A DNA stretch of 64,000 nucleotides from an uncultured delta proteobacterium (GCA_963804165.1 CAWDPO010000033.1:43846-107845), one strand, 5' to 3'; shown: positions 10,095 to 20,987, numbered from the stretch's first letter. Notes: a model not told the origin generated them from the sequence alone. A program made the numbers and translations.

Positions 10095-11049
10095 ATGGCA
10101 GCGACGACTAACTACGAACCCATCGAGATCAACGCATACTTCCGTTCACATACACACCTGCCGCTTTGGGAGATACTCGACAAGGCTGGTTTCTGGAAAC
10201 AGGTCGCGATCAAGGTCAATTTTACGTACTGCGATAGTTCTTCCGAGGCAGAGGCGGGATTGTTTAGCGGGAAAATCGATTTGATTTCCGGTAACCATAT
10301 TTCGCCTTACGCGCTCGTCGCGCGCGGCAAGCCGATCGTCTCGTTGGCTTCGCCGACCAACGGTGTGACCGATCGCGTGGTGTCACGCGAGCCGATCAAG
10401 TCGCTGGCGGAAATCCGCGGCAAGCGCGTCGTCGACACGACGATTCTCGATAACGGTGGCGGCTATAATCACATCCGCGGCAACCATATGCTTTATATAC
10501 TGGAAGCCGGATTAGAGCTTAGCGACGTCAAATGGATCGAGATCACCGACAAAATGTCGAGCGAGTTTCGCGCCGCGCAATACGAAGCGATGAAAGCCGG
10601 CGAGGGTGATGTGACCTTGGTGACCGGAGATACAAAAAGATATGAGCAGGCTGGTTTTCACGTTCTACAATTACCGCGACTGCCGATGATCAACGGGCCG
10701 ACGCTCACAACTACCGTTACGGCGCTCAATAAGTACGATCGATTTGGCGAGCGGCTGGTGCTCGCGCAAGTGCTCGGCATTCACTTCGCGCGCACGCGTA
10801 GGGAAGAGACTGAAAAAATTCTCGAAGGATTGAAGAAACGCGAGCCCGAAGCGCGCGGCGTGTCGTACAACAGCGTGGCCAAGCTGGCGATAAAACCGTA
10901 CCCGGATCATTCAAGCGGTCGCCAACGCGTATCGGCTCTGCTGCATGAAGGCGCCGGAAGCGAATGAAATGAGTCCGCTGGCGATGTGGGATTTGCATTA
11001 CTTGCGCCAACTGGATCATTCCGGGTTTATCGATCGATTGTATGAGTGA
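10095..11049 (+). CDS. Signal-less NMT1/PBP2-fold protein with His motifs (frameshift near 10911)
   Basis: Collinear with the 23533-24474 paralog. The C-terminal AVANAYRLCC...WDLHYLRQLDHSGFIDRLYE continues in another frame to TGA 11049. Confidence 0.7.
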
Positions 11050-11101
11050 AGTGAACGAGAATACATGCACATGCGCACTAATTGAGACTCGTGTTTCCGA
11101 G

Positions 11102-11220
11102 CTTCTTCCCCCTCGACGGGGGAAGAATGAGATGGGGGTGAGTCTGAAAATCAAGACTATCCCTTCCTTGTTCCTTCGATATTAGCTCTCCCAGTCGAGG
11201 GGGAGGATGGGGAAAAGGGA
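11102..11220. repeat. REP-like elements, family C (CTYCCCC..GGGGRAG hairpins)
   Basis: cttcttcccctcgacgggggaagaatgagatgggggtga and ctctcccagtcgagggggagg. Similar at 23391-23491, 32244-32299 and 38900-38948. Confidence 0.65.
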
Positions 11221-12347
11221 AACTGTTCACGGGAATTTCAGGCTTCCTTCTGGTTGCCTTTTGGGTTGCGACGGCCAACGCCGCGGAATCCAAACCCAAT
11301 TGGCAAACCGAATGGGAGCGGACGGTTAAGGCGGCCGAGGAGGAAGGGCAGTTGACGGTCTATGTCTCGGGCTACGGCGCGTTGATCGATTCCGGGATCT
11401 TCCAGAAGGCCTACCCGAAAATCAAAGTGACCAGTGTCACGGGCTCCGGCACTCAGCTCGCGCCGCGCATCGTCGCCGAGCGGCGCGGCGAAAAGTATCT
11501 TGCCGATGTTTACAGCGGTGGCGGCACTTCGCTCTATCAGAATCTTTACCTCGGCAAGATGCTCGATCCGATCAAGTCGGCGCTGATCTTGCCCGAAGTC
11601 GTCGATCCGTCGAAGTGGTGGGAGGGCAAACAAAAATACGTCGACCGCGAGGGGCGCTATATTTTTGTTTTCGAAGGCAACGTGGCGGCCGGTGCGAGTC
11701 CGGCGTACAACACCAATCTGATCAATCCCAAGGACTACAAGTCGCTATGGGACTTTTTGAATCCCAAGTTGAAAGGCAAGATCGTTTCCCCTGACATTCG
11801 CAAAGTGCGCGGTTCCGGTTTATCGGTGCAGTATCTTTACTATCACAAGGACCTTGGACCTGAGTTCATTCGGCGTTTTTACGGAGAAATGGACGTGACT
11901 TTGACCGCCGACGTGCGCCAGGCGGTGGATTGGCTCGCGGTGGGCAAGTTTGCGCTGTCGATGCCGACGCAGAGTTCTTACACCGCCAAAGCCAAGGCGC
12001 AGGGATTACCGGTGGACGAATTCGATCCGCATCATATGAAAGAGGGCGCCAGCCTCGCCGTGGCGTTCGGCCAACTCGCGCTCATGAACCGCGCGCCTCA
12101 TCCCAACGCGGCCAAGGTGTTTGTCAATTGGTTGCTTTCGCGCGAAGGGCAAAGCGCCTTCCAACGCGTCATCAGCACACCGGGAGACGCGAAAAATTCG
12201 CGGCGTATCGACGTGCCGAAGGATCACATTCCGACGTCCGAACGGCGCGGCGAAGGCGTCAAGTATTTTGACGCTGACGACCCGGATACCAAGGATATTA
12301 CGCCGGCGATGAAATTAATGGACGAAATCTTTGCCGGGAAGAAGTGA
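11207..12347 (+). CDS. AfuA/FbpA-fold solute-binding protein, paralog 3 (close to paralog 1; start codon out of frame by one base)
   Basis: The in-frame signal peptide KLFTGISGFLLVAFWVATANA-AESKPNWQTEW lies upstream of TTG 11352. GGAGG-ATG at 11207 is shifted by one base in a G/A run. Confidence 0.8.
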
Positions 12348-12352
12348 CGGCT

Positions 12353-13501
12353 ATGAGTCGAGGATTTATGAATCTTCTTACGCGAGCCTTCAGCCTTCTC
12401 GTCGTTACCTTCTGGACTAGCGCGTCTTACGCCGCCGAAGCCAAACCCAATTGGCAAGCCGAATGGGAGCGGACGGTGCAGGCGGCGAAAAAGGAAGGCT
12501 CGCTGTCGCTCTATCTTTTCCAGGGCGAGGGCGAGCTTAGCGCTGTGGCGCAGCTGTTCCAGAAAAAGTATCCCGAGATCAACGTGGCGGTGACCCCGGG
12601 GCGGGGTAACACGTTTGCGCCCAAGATCATGGCAGAGCGGCGCGCAGGCAAGTATCTCGTCGATGCTTATATCGCCGGGGCGACGACTGCCTATGAAGTT
12701 CTTTATCGCGCGAAAATCTTGGACAGTGTGCGCGCGACGCTGATCCTGCCCGAGGTCATCGATGAGTCCAAATGGTGGCTCGGGCAGCATCACTACATCG
12801 ATCCCGAGAGTCGATATATCTTCGTCTATTTGGGCAACGTCGGCGAGTATGTGTCCTACCATACCAAGTCACTGGACGCGGGTGAGATTCGTTCCTATTG
12901 GGATTTTCTCCAGCCTAAGTGGAAAGGAAAAATTCTCTCACGTGATCCGAAGATTTCCGGCAGCCAGCGCATTGGTCTTCGAGGATTTTATCATACACCG
13001 GAGCTGGGCGCCGAGTTCATTCGCCGTCTTTACGGCGAGATGGATGTGACGCTGACTCAAGAAATCCGTCAAGCAACCGATTGGCTAGCGCACGGGAAAT
13101 TCGCCATCTGCTTTTTTTGCTCTGAGATTCTGAAAGTCAAGGCACAAGGGCTTCCCGTGGATGAATTTCGCACGGCGCAATGGAAAGAGAGCCGGGTGAT
13201 TTCCGCGGGCAACATGGGTTCTATAGCTCTGCCGAGCCAGCCGCCTCACCCGAACGCCGCGCGCGTATTCGTCAATTGGTTGCTCTCACGCGAAGGCCAA
13301 ATGGCGCTCCAGCGCACGACCAATACGCCGTACAATTCCGAGGAATCGCTGCGCACCGATGTCCCCAAGGACGTGGTGCGGAGCGAAGTACGCCGCATCG
13401 ACGGCGTGAAGTATTTGCTGGTGGATAAGCCGGAATATATCGACATGGCGCCGATCTATGACATCGTCGAAAAAGCATTGGTGCAGGCGAAAAAGAAGTA
13501 G
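12353..13501 (+). CDS. AfuA/FbpA-fold solute-binding protein, paralog 4 (CFFC)
   Basis: Signal peptide, WQAEWERTVQAAKKEG and PPHPNAARVFVNWLLSREGQ. Confidence 0.85.
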   Translation: MSRGFMNLLTRAFSLLVVTFWTSASYAAEAKPNWQAEWERTVQAAKKEGSLSLYLFQGEGELSAVAQLFQKKYPEINVAVTPGRGNTFAPKIMAERRAGKYLVDAYIAGATTAYEVLYRAKILDSVRATLILPEVIDESKWWLGQHHYIDPESRYIFVYLGNVGEYVSYHTKSLDAGEIRSYWDFLQPKWKGKILSRDPKISGSQRIGLRGFYHTPELGAEFIRRLYGEMDVTLTQEIRQATDWLAHGKFAICFFCSEILKVKAQGLPVDEFRTAQWKESRVISAGNMGSIALPSQPPHPNAARVFVNWLLSREGQMALQRTTNTPYNSEESLRTDVPKDVVRSEVRRIDGVKYLLVDKPEYIDMAPIYDIVEKALVQAKKK

Positions 13502-13557
13502 GGGCAACCCCCTGTGGTTGCCTCTTTCGGAGGGCAGGCACAGGGGCCTGCCCCTAC
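13498..13557. repeat. GTAG-family REP doublet overlapping the upstream stop codon
   Basis: gtaggggcaaccccctgtggttgcctct ... agggcaggcacaggggcctgcccctac. Confidence 0.85.
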
Positions 13558-13610
13558 AAGAAACACGATGGATGATAAATTGGCGCTAACGAAACCTGAC
13601 GGAGTCAAAC

Positions 13611-14738
13611 GTGGGTAGATCGACGGCGAATTTTTGGGACAACAAGACGGCCTATGAATACTGGATCGAATCGACCGGCGCGCCGATTCATCGCGGTTAT
13701 TACATCGAAGACTGCCGCACGTTGGAGCTTGGCTATTGGGCGGAGCGTGAGTGCGACGCGGCGTTTATTCAGCTCGTCGGTCAGGAAGGTGTGACCGGCG
13801 CTTACGTCACGGAGATTCCACCGGGAAAGACCTTGCCGTCGTTTCGCGTCGCGGTGGACGAGGTTGTTTACGTCTTAAAAGGCCGTGGCGTGGCGAGCAT
13901 CTGGGCCGGCGAGCGCGCCAAGAAGATCTTTGAATGGCAAAGCCACGCGATGTTTTTGATTCCGGGCAACTACCATTGCCAGTTGAGCAACATGCAAGGC
14001 GACCAATCGGTGAAGCTGTTGCATTGCAGCTACTTGCCGCTGGCGATGTCGGTGCTGCCCGATCCGGACTATTTCTTCAACAATCCGCTGGTCGATTACA
14101 ATTTGCTTTACGGGCAAGGATCGCGCGAGGTTTACTCCGAAGCTAAAGTCGTGACGCTGAACGAGCCCGGCACCGCGCGTGACGGGCGAAACATCTGGTT
14201 CGGCAATTTCTTTGCCGATATGAGGGCGTGGGACCGGCTCGATCATTTCGAGCGGCGCGGCGCCGGCGGCCACGTCGTGTGGGTGGGATTTCCCAGCTCG
14301 CCGATCTCTGCCCATATGTCGGTCTTTCCCGCGCGCACCTACAAGAAAGCCCATCGCCATGGCCCCGGCTATCTGATCGTTATCCCCGCCGGTGAGGGCT
14401 ACTCGATCATGTGGCCGGAGGGCGGCGAGAAAATTATCATCCCGTGGCACGAAGCGAGTTTGTTCGTGCCGCCCAATCGTTGGTTTCATCAGCACTTCAA
14501 CATCGGCGGCGCGCCGGCGCGTTATCTGGCGATTCATCCGCCGCGGGGGCTCAACGGCATTAGCGAGAAAGTCGAAGACCGCGCGCGCGATCAGATCGAG
14601 TATACCGACGAGGACCCGATGATTCGCGAGAAATTCGAGTCCGAGCTGTCGCGCAAAGGATTGGAATCGGTGATGCCGGATGAGGCGTACCGAAATCGTG
14701 ACTACGAGTGGAGCTACACGCAGAAAAAAGCGAGCTAA
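13611..14738 (+). CDS. Bicupin protein
   Basis: The C-domain carries YKKAHRHGPG...WFHQHFN. The N-domain is homologous to the other cupins but lacks the His ligands. Confidence 0.8.
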   Translation: MGRSTANFWDNKTAYEYWIESTGAPIHRGYYIEDCRTLELGYWAERECDAAFIQLVGQEGVTGAYVTEIPPGKTLPSFRVAVDEVVYVLKGRGVASIWAGERAKKIFEWQSHAMFLIPGNYHCQLSNMQGDQSVKLLHCSYLPLAMSVLPDPDYFFNNPLVDYNLLYGQGSREVYSEAKVVTLNEPGTARDGRNIWFGNFFADMRAWDRLDHFERRGAGGHVVWVGFPSSPISAHMSVFPARTYKKAHRHGPGYLIVIPAGEGYSIMWPEGGEKIIIPWHEASLFVPPNRWFHQHFNIGGAPARYLAIHPPRGLNGISEKVEDRARDQIEYTDEDPMIREKFESELSRKGLESVMPDEAYRNRDYEWSYTQKKAS

Positions 14739-14750
14739 GGTGAGCGAAAG

Positions 14751-15908
14751 ATGATTTGCCTAGACTGGAAAACGCGAATGACAGTTACGATAGCTTGGGT
14801 TGCTGGTTTTGTGGCGATCGCCGCAATCGGCACTTGTCCGCGCGCCACACATGCCGCCGACGCTAAACCGGCGTGGCAAGGCGAATGGGAAAAAGTTTTA
14901 GCCGCTGCGAAGAAGGAAGGCCAAGTCGCCGTTTATATTAGCGGCTACGAGGAAGTGCTGCCGGATTTTCAAAAGGAGTATCCGGAAATCAAGGTCAACG
15001 CTGTAACCGGCCGCGGCTCCCAGGTCGGCCAGCGTTTGCTCGCCGAGCGGCGCGCGGAGAAATTCATCGCCGACGTGGTCAGCGCGGGCGGCGTGACGAC
15101 GTTTCAACAGTTACATCCCGCCAAGGTATTCGACCCGATCAAGCCGGCATTGATTCTTCCCGAAATCACCGACCCCGCCAAGTGGTTTGAGAGTAGGCAT
15201 CACTATGCCGACCCGGAGAAGCAATACATTTTCAGTTACGTCGGTACCGCGACTTATGGCTCGGTGAGCTACAACACTAAGTTGGTCGACGTGAAAGACT
15301 TCAAATCTTATTGGGACCTGCTCAATCCCAAGTGGAAAGGGAAAATAATTTCTCGGGATGTTCGAGTGCCGGGCCCCGGTTCGGGTAACGCGCGCTTGTT
15401 CTACTACCTGTCGGATGTCGGGCCATCGTTTATTCGCAAGCTCTACGGCGAAATGGACACAACTTTGTTTCGCGACTACCGCCAGGGAAGTGACTGGCTT
15501 GCGGTTGGCAAGGCGGCGATCTGCTTTTTTTGCGAAGTCGATGTGTCCAAGCAGCAGGGCCTGCCAGTGGACACCTTTGGCCCAGGAGTGTTTAAGGAAG
15601 GCGCCGGCCTAGTGCAGCAATTCGGTACCCTCGGGCTAGTAAACCGCGCGCCCCATCCCAACGCTGCGAAAGTTTTTATCAACTGGTTGTTGTCGCGCAA
15701 AGGCCAGATCGCCCTGCAAAAAAATATGCTCAAAACCGAGAATCCCACCGATTCGCTGCGTATCGACGTTCCTAAAGACGAGATACCGACTTTGCAACGC
15801 CGCTTCGAGGGTGTGAAATACCTCGACACCAGTAGGCCAGAGTGGCAGGAGATGAAACCGATTTTAGATGTCATGAACGAAGCGCTCAAGGCGGCGGGGA
15901 AGAATTAA
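14751..15908 (+). CDS. AfuA/FbpA-fold solute-binding protein, paralog 5 (CFFC)
   Basis: Family motifs as above; tandem partner of 16030-17172. Confidence 0.85.
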   Translation: MICLDWKTRMTVTIAWVAGFVAIAAIGTCPRATHAADAKPAWQGEWEKVLAAAKKEGQVAVYISGYEEVLPDFQKEYPEIKVNAVTGRGSQVGQRLLAERRAEKFIADVVSAGGVTTFQQLHPAKVFDPIKPALILPEITDPAKWFESRHHYADPEKQYIFSYVGTATYGSVSYNTKLVDVKDFKSYWDLLNPKWKGKIISRDVRVPGPGSGNARLFYYLSDVGPSFIRKLYGEMDTTLFRDYRQGSDWLAVGKAAICFFCEVDVSKQQGLPVDTFGPGVFKEGAGLVQQFGTLGLVNRAPHPNAAKVFINWLLSRKGQIALQKNMLKTENPTDSLRIDVPKDEIPTLQRRFEGVKYLDTSRPEWQEMKPILDVMNEALKAAGKN

Positions 15909-16029
15909 ATGGCGTGCTCGTCTCTCGTGCTCGTGATCGGATGAGGACGGAGGCGGGACAAAGGCCGGATGCACAGAGGGCCGATCTTCGGCGGGCGCGC
16001 TAGGCTATCCAACTTAACAAAAGACTAAA

Positions 16030-17172
16030 ATGAAGTTTAAATGTCGGTCCCCGCTGTTGGAACAGCTTTTCTTTGCCGCGGGGATAATTCTTTTGTGCGC
16101 CGGTCATCCAACCACTGCCGCTCAGCTCAAGCCGGTGTGGCAACAGGAATGGGAGAAAATTCTCGAAGCCGCCAAGAAAGAAGGACAAGTTGTTGTCTAC
16201 ATTAGCGGTTATGAGGCGGTGTTACCATATTTCGAAAAGGAATTTCCCGAGATCAAAGTTATCGCCGTTACCGGGCGCGGCAATCAGCTCGGGCCGCGCT
16301 TGCTGTCGGAGCGGCGCGCGGAAAAATTCATCGCCGACGTTTCCAGTACCGGCGCCAACCCGAACTATCAACAGTTTTACACCGCCAAAGCACTCGATCC
16401 GATCAAGCCGTCGTTGATTTTGCCCGAAGTGACCGATTTATCGAAGTGGTACCAGAATAAACATCAGTACTCCGACCCCGAAGCGCAATACGTTTTCAAT
16501 TACGTCGGCTCTGCAACATACGGCGCGATCCACTACAACACCAACCTTGTCGACGAGAAGGAATTCAAATCCTATTGGGACTTGCTCAATCCAAAGTGGA
16601 AAGGCAAGATCGAAGCGCGAGACATCCGAGAAGCTGGACCTGGAGCGGGTAATACGCGGTTTTTCTACTATCACACAGAGCTAGGGCCAGCGTTCATTCG
16701 CAAGTTGTTCGGCGAGACGGATGCGACCCTCTTTCGCGATTTCCGTCAGGGTCCGGATTGGCTGGCCGCGGGGAGGTTCGCGATCTGTTTTTTTTGCGAC
16801 GCAGACACGTTGAAGAAGCAAGGATTGCCCGTGAATGCTTTCGGCCCGCGGGTCTTTAAGGAAGGCGGCGGATTGGTGCAGCAATTCGGTACCGCCGCGA
16901 TCGTCAATCGCGCGCCGCACCCGAATGCGGCCAAGGTTTTTATCAATTGGCTCTTATCTCGCCGTGGCCAAATCGCGTTGCAAAAAAGCCAGGCCAACGC
17001 AGAAAGCCCCGCTGATTCACTGCGCGTCGATGTTCCAAAGGATGAAGTGCCGGTTCTCAACCGGCGCTTAGACGGGATCAAGTATCTCGATACCGGAAAG
17101 CCGGAATGGATCGAGATGAAACCGATCCTCGATGTGGTCAATGAAGCGCTGAAGGCGGCGGGGAAGAACTAA
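16030..17172 (+). CDS. AfuA/FbpA-fold solute-binding protein, paralog 6 (CFFC)
   Basis: Shares YISGYE, SATYG/TATYG, GLVQQFGT and the EMKPILDV.NEALKAAGKN end with paralog 5. Confidence 0.85.
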   Translation: MKFKCRSPLLEQLFFAAGIILLCAGHPTTAAQLKPVWQQEWEKILEAAKKEGQVVVYISGYEAVLPYFEKEFPEIKVIAVTGRGNQLGPRLLSERRAEKFIADVSSTGANPNYQQFYTAKALDPIKPSLILPEVTDLSKWYQNKHQYSDPEAQYVFNYVGSATYGAIHYNTNLVDEKEFKSYWDLLNPKWKGKIEARDIREAGPGAGNTRFFYYHTELGPAFIRKLFGETDATLFRDFRQGPDWLAAGRFAICFFCDADTLKKQGLPVNAFGPRVFKEGGGLVQQFGTAAIVNRAPHPNAAKVFINWLLSRRGQIALQKSQANAESPADSLRVDVPKDEVPVLNRRLDGIKYLDTGKPEWIEMKPILDVVNEALKAAGKN

Positions 17173-17261
17173 AATCGTGTTCGTGACTCGTGCTCGTGAG
17201 CGGGTGCGCATGAGTGCGACCAAGCGAAAAGCGCAGCGCTCGCGCGAAACGGAGAGATAAG

Positions 17262-18697
17262 ATGCCGACAACTTCATCGCTAGTGTACAAAGATCTGCGC
17301 GGCTACCTCGATGCGGCCGGCAGACTCGGTGAATTGCGCAAAGTTGACGGCGCGGACTGGGATTTGGAGATTGGCGCGATTACCGAAGTGGCGGCGCGGG
17401 CGGCTAATCCCAAAGTGGTTTTGTTCGATAACATCAAAGATTACCCCAAAGGATTTCGCGTCGTGACCAATCCGGTCTGTTCGCCGCCGACGACGGCGTT
17501 GGCTTTTGGTCTCGATCCGAAGCTCGCCGGCCTCGATATCATTCGCGCTTGGAAGGAAAAACTCGGCAGTCAGAAGCCGCTCAAACCGGCGCAGGTTTCG
17601 CTGGGCCCGATTACGGAAAATGTCGACAGTGGTGACAAAGTGGATTTGCTCAAATTTCCGACGCCGCGTTGGCACGCGGATGATGGCGGTCGCTATATCG
17701 GCACGGGCTGCATGGTGATCATGGAAGACCCTGACGAAAAGTGGACGAACGTCGGCACGTATCGTGTTTGCGTGCATGATAAGAATACACTCGGTATCTG
17801 GATTTCTCCCGGCAAACACGGCCGGCTCATTCGTGAAAAATATTGGGCGCAAGGAAAACCTTGTCCGGTCGTGATCAGCTTCGGTCAGGATCCGATTCTC
17901 GCCAAAGTGGCCAGTTGGTACGAAGCCTGGGGCGTGTCGGAGTTGGAAATCGCCGGTTGGCTGTTCGGCGAGCCGGTCAAAGTTATTCGCGGCGAGCAAA
18001 CCGGCTTGGCGATTCCCGCAACATCAGAGTTGGCGGTCGAAGGCTTTATTGTGCCGCCGAGTGAAGACAGCCGCGCGGAAGGGCCATTTGGCGAATGGAC
18101 TGGCTATTATGCTTCGGGCACTCGCAACGAACCCGTAGTGAAAGTCAAAAACGTTTTTTATCGAAACGACCCGATCATATTCGGCATGCCGCCTGGTATC
18201 TCCGGCAAGTCGGTGCCGCTCAGCGCCGCGAATGTCTGGCTTGCGCTGGAGAAAGCGGGCGTGACCGACGTGCAAGGCGTGTGGGAGTACTGACGCGCTA
18301 TATCACGGTTATCTCGATCAAGCAGAAATACGGCGGGCATGTGAAGCGCGCGGCGATGGCGATGCTCGGCTCAACTTACGGGTATCACCGGCGCTTCGTC
18401 ATCATCGTCGACGACGATGTCGATCCTTCGAATATCGATGACGTGCTGTGGGCGCTGGCGACGCGCTGTGACCCCGCGACGGCGATCAACGTGATCAACG
18501 AAGCCTGGAGCACGCCGCTCGACCCGCGCATCACGCCGGACGCGCGCGCGGCGCGCAACTTTACCAATTCGGTTGCGATCATCAACGCGTGCCAGCCGTA
18601 CCATTGGAAAGACCAGTACGCTAAGACTTGCTACTTCCCGGAGGAGACGCGCAAGAAGACGTACGACAAGTGGAAAGATGTACTAAGGTTGGAGTGA
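17262..18697 (+). CDS. UbiD-family decarboxylase (frameshift near 18290)
   Basis: GADWDLEIGAI, RYIGTG, NVGTYR and EGPFGEWTGYY in one frame; ISIKQKYGGH, VDDDVDP..DVLWALATRCDP and WSTPLDP in the next frame. Confidence 0.88.
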
Positions 18698-18746
18698 TGG
18701 AGTGATTGGGGAATGGAGTACTGGAGTATTGGAGTGATGGGTGATG
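18690..18746 (+). repeat. Degenerate 8-mer tandem array (GGAGTRAT/GGAGTAYT)
   Basis: ggagtgat ggagtgat tggggaat ggagtact ggagtatt ggagtgat gggtgatg. Confidence 0.75.
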
Positions 18747-19907
18747 AAAAACAGAAAGCTTACACCGTGGAATCGTAGCGTCTGGTTCGTGATCGTGTTC
18801 GTGGGCGTGTTGGTGGCTCATCGGCTACCATTGGCTGTTGCGGCCGTGGCGGAGTCTTGGAAAGCGGATTGGGAACAAACTTTGGCCGCGGCGAGAAAGG
18901 AAGGGCAGCTTACGCTTTATGGCAGCCCGGATTTCGAGGGGCTATTCGGCGAGCTTCACAAGAAGTATCCGGAGATCAAGATCACCGGGGTGTTCAATCG
19001 AGGCGCCGATGTGGCGAAGCGTCTGATGGCCGAGCGGCGCGCGGACAAATATCTTGCCGACTTATACGTCAACGGGATGACGACCGGGTACAATGTTTTT
19101 TACAAAGCGAAAGCGCTCGATCCGATTCCACCACAGCTCGTGCTTCCTGAAGTTAGCGACGCGTCGAAGTGGTGGCGCGGCAAGCTTCATTACGTCGATC
19201 CGGAGAACCAGTATCTACTCAACATCAACGGTGAAAATCGGATGGTCGTTGCCTTCAATACCAAGCTGGTTAACCCCGCCGAAATCAAATCGTACTGGGA
19301 TCTGCTCAATCCCAAGTGGAAAGGCAAGATCGTTGCCTACGATCCGACGCTTGGTGGCTCGGGCGACGCCATGCGTTTTTTCTATCACAGCAAGAGTCTA
19401 GGGCCGGAGTTCATCAGACGGATTCTCACGGCGACGGATATTGTGATCAGCACCGATACGCGCCAGATGGGCGACTGGTTGGCAGGTGGAAAGTTCGCGT
19501 TTTCAATATTTGGGCCGGTCTCGCGCATGGACTTGGACTTGATGCAAATCCAGGGACTTCCGGTCGGTTGGTTCAGACCCGATCAATTGAAGGAGGGAAC
19601 GTATATCACCGGCGGATCCGGCGGCGTGGCGCTGATCAATAAAGCGCCGCACCCGAACGCGGCCAAGATCGGGCTTAACTGGCTGCTTTCGCGCGACGGA
19701 CAGATTGCCTATCAGAGATTGTTTACCCAGGGCAATGATGGCCCAGATTCGTTGCGCATCGACATTCCGAAAGACAATGTGCCGCGCGGCAATCGCCGTC
19801 CGGAAGGCGATGAGAGTCGCTATCCCTTCGTCGATCGTGCCGAGTGGATGGATCAGGCGCCGATCAGTAAGTTTGTAAAGGAAGTGCTGGAGCAGCGGAA
19901 AAAATAA
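18741..19907 (+). CDS. AfuA/FbpA-fold solute-binding protein, paralog 7
   Basis: WKADWEQTLAAARKEG, AERRADKYLAD and APHPNAAKIGLNWLLSRDGQ. Confidence 0.85.
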   Translation: MMKNRKLTPWNRSVWFVIVFVGVLVAHRLPLAVAAVAESWKADWEQTLAAARKEGQLTLYGSPDFEGLFGELHKKYPEIKITGVFNRGADVAKRLMAERRADKYLADLYVNGMTTGYNVFYKAKALDPIPPQLVLPEVSDASKWWRGKLHYVDPENQYLLNINGENRMVVAFNTKLVNPAEIKSYWDLLNPKWKGKIVAYDPTLGGSGDAMRFFYHSKSLGPEFIRRILTATDIVISTDTRQMGDWLAGGKFAFSIFGPVSRMDLDLMQIQGLPVGWFRPDQLKEGTYITGGSGGVALINKAPHPNAAKIGLNWLLSRDGQIAYQRLFTQGNDGPDSLRIDIPKDNVPRGNRRPEGDESRYPFVDRAEWMDQAPISKFVKEVLEQRKK

Positions 19908-20020
19908 TTTTAGATTTTCGATTTTGGATTGGAGCAACAAAACATGAATGTGCAATTTCAGGTTCGATGGCTGGATTCTATTTCCCGCAATCGAAAATCG
20001 AGAATCCAAAATCTAAAATC
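19907..20020. repeat. Inverted pair of heptamer arrays (AATCYAA/AATCGAA)
   Basis: attttagattttcgattttggatt (19907-19930) and aatcgaaaatcgagaatccaaaatctaaaatc (19989-20020). Confidence 0.75.
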
Positions 20021-20987
20021 GGCAGGAAGCGTTGTTCTCGTTGTCACCCTCGCAATGTGCGGAGCGGTCGCCGAGGCGCAGCAGTCGCGAAAGCTTCCCA
20101 CCATCGGGATGCTCTACCCCGACTCGAAGCCTGGGGTTTGTCCCGACGGATTCGTACAAGGAATGCGGGAACTAGGCTATGTGGATGGGCAGAACATCGT
20201 CATCAAATTCCACTCCGGTGAGTCGAAGCCCGAGCGGTTCCGGGAGGTCGCTGCCGATGTAGTCCGAAATGCGCCCGATGTGATCTGGACGCACGGAATC
20301 GCCACTCTTCTCGCGGCTAAACAGGCGACCACGACGATTCCCATCGTCGCTGGAGTTTCCCGCGATCTGGTTGAACAAGGGATTGTGTCCAGTTTAGCGC
20401 GTCCTGGCGGCAACATCACCGGGATGGAGTTGCGGGACCTAGAGATCATCGGAAAACGGCTGGAGATCCAAAAGGAAACGGTACCCAAGGCCGCCCGCGT
20501 GGCGGTGCTAATTGATACCAACGATCCTAGCCACGCCAGTATCCTAAAAAAAATCGAGCCGGAAGCCCACGCATTGAACGTACGTCTTCAGCGCGTGGAG
20601 GCGAACTCTGATAAGGCCTTGGACAAGGCATTCTCAACCATGATGCAAGGCGGCGCCGGCGCGCTTTTAATCCCGGAAAATGCCATGTTTTCGGCAAACC
20701 GACAACGCATCGCTGAGCTGGCGATCAGCAAGCGACTGCCAGCCGCAGGCGGTGGTTCGCATTTTGCCGACGCCGGAAGCTTGCTGTCTTACGGCGCCAA
20801 CGTTGGCGACCTGTGCCGGCGCTCCGCTACTATTGTGGACAAGATCCTGAAAGGCAGAAAGCCGGCAGATCTGCCGTTGGAACGGGCCGAGAAGTTCGAG
20901 CTCGTCGTCAATTTGAAAACGGCAAGGCAAATCGGCGTAACGATTCCGCCGACTGTACTGGCGCGGGCGGATCGAGTCATTAGATGA
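19944..20987 (+). CDS. ABC_sub_bind (PF04392-like) substrate-binding protein
   Basis: AEAQQ..., GMRELGYVDGQNI, SSLARPGGNITG, KILKGRKPADLPLE and IPPTVLARADRVIR. Confidence 0.88.
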   Translation: MNVQFQVRWLDSISRNRKSRIQNLKSAGSVVLVVTLAMCGAVAEAQQSRKLPTIGMLYPDSKPGVCPDGFVQGMRELGYVDGQNIVIKFHSGESKPERFREVAADVVRNAPDVIWTHGIATLLAAKQATTTIPIVAGVSRDLVEQGIVSSLARPGGNITGMELRDLEIIGKRLEIQKETVPKAARVAVLIDTNDPSHASILKKIEPEAHALNVRLQRVEANSDKALDKAFSTMMQGGAGALLIPENAMFSANRQRIAELAISKRLPAAGGGSHFADAGSLLSYGANVGDLCRRSATIVDKILKGRKPADLPLERAEKFELVVNLKTARQIGVTIPPTVLARADRVIR

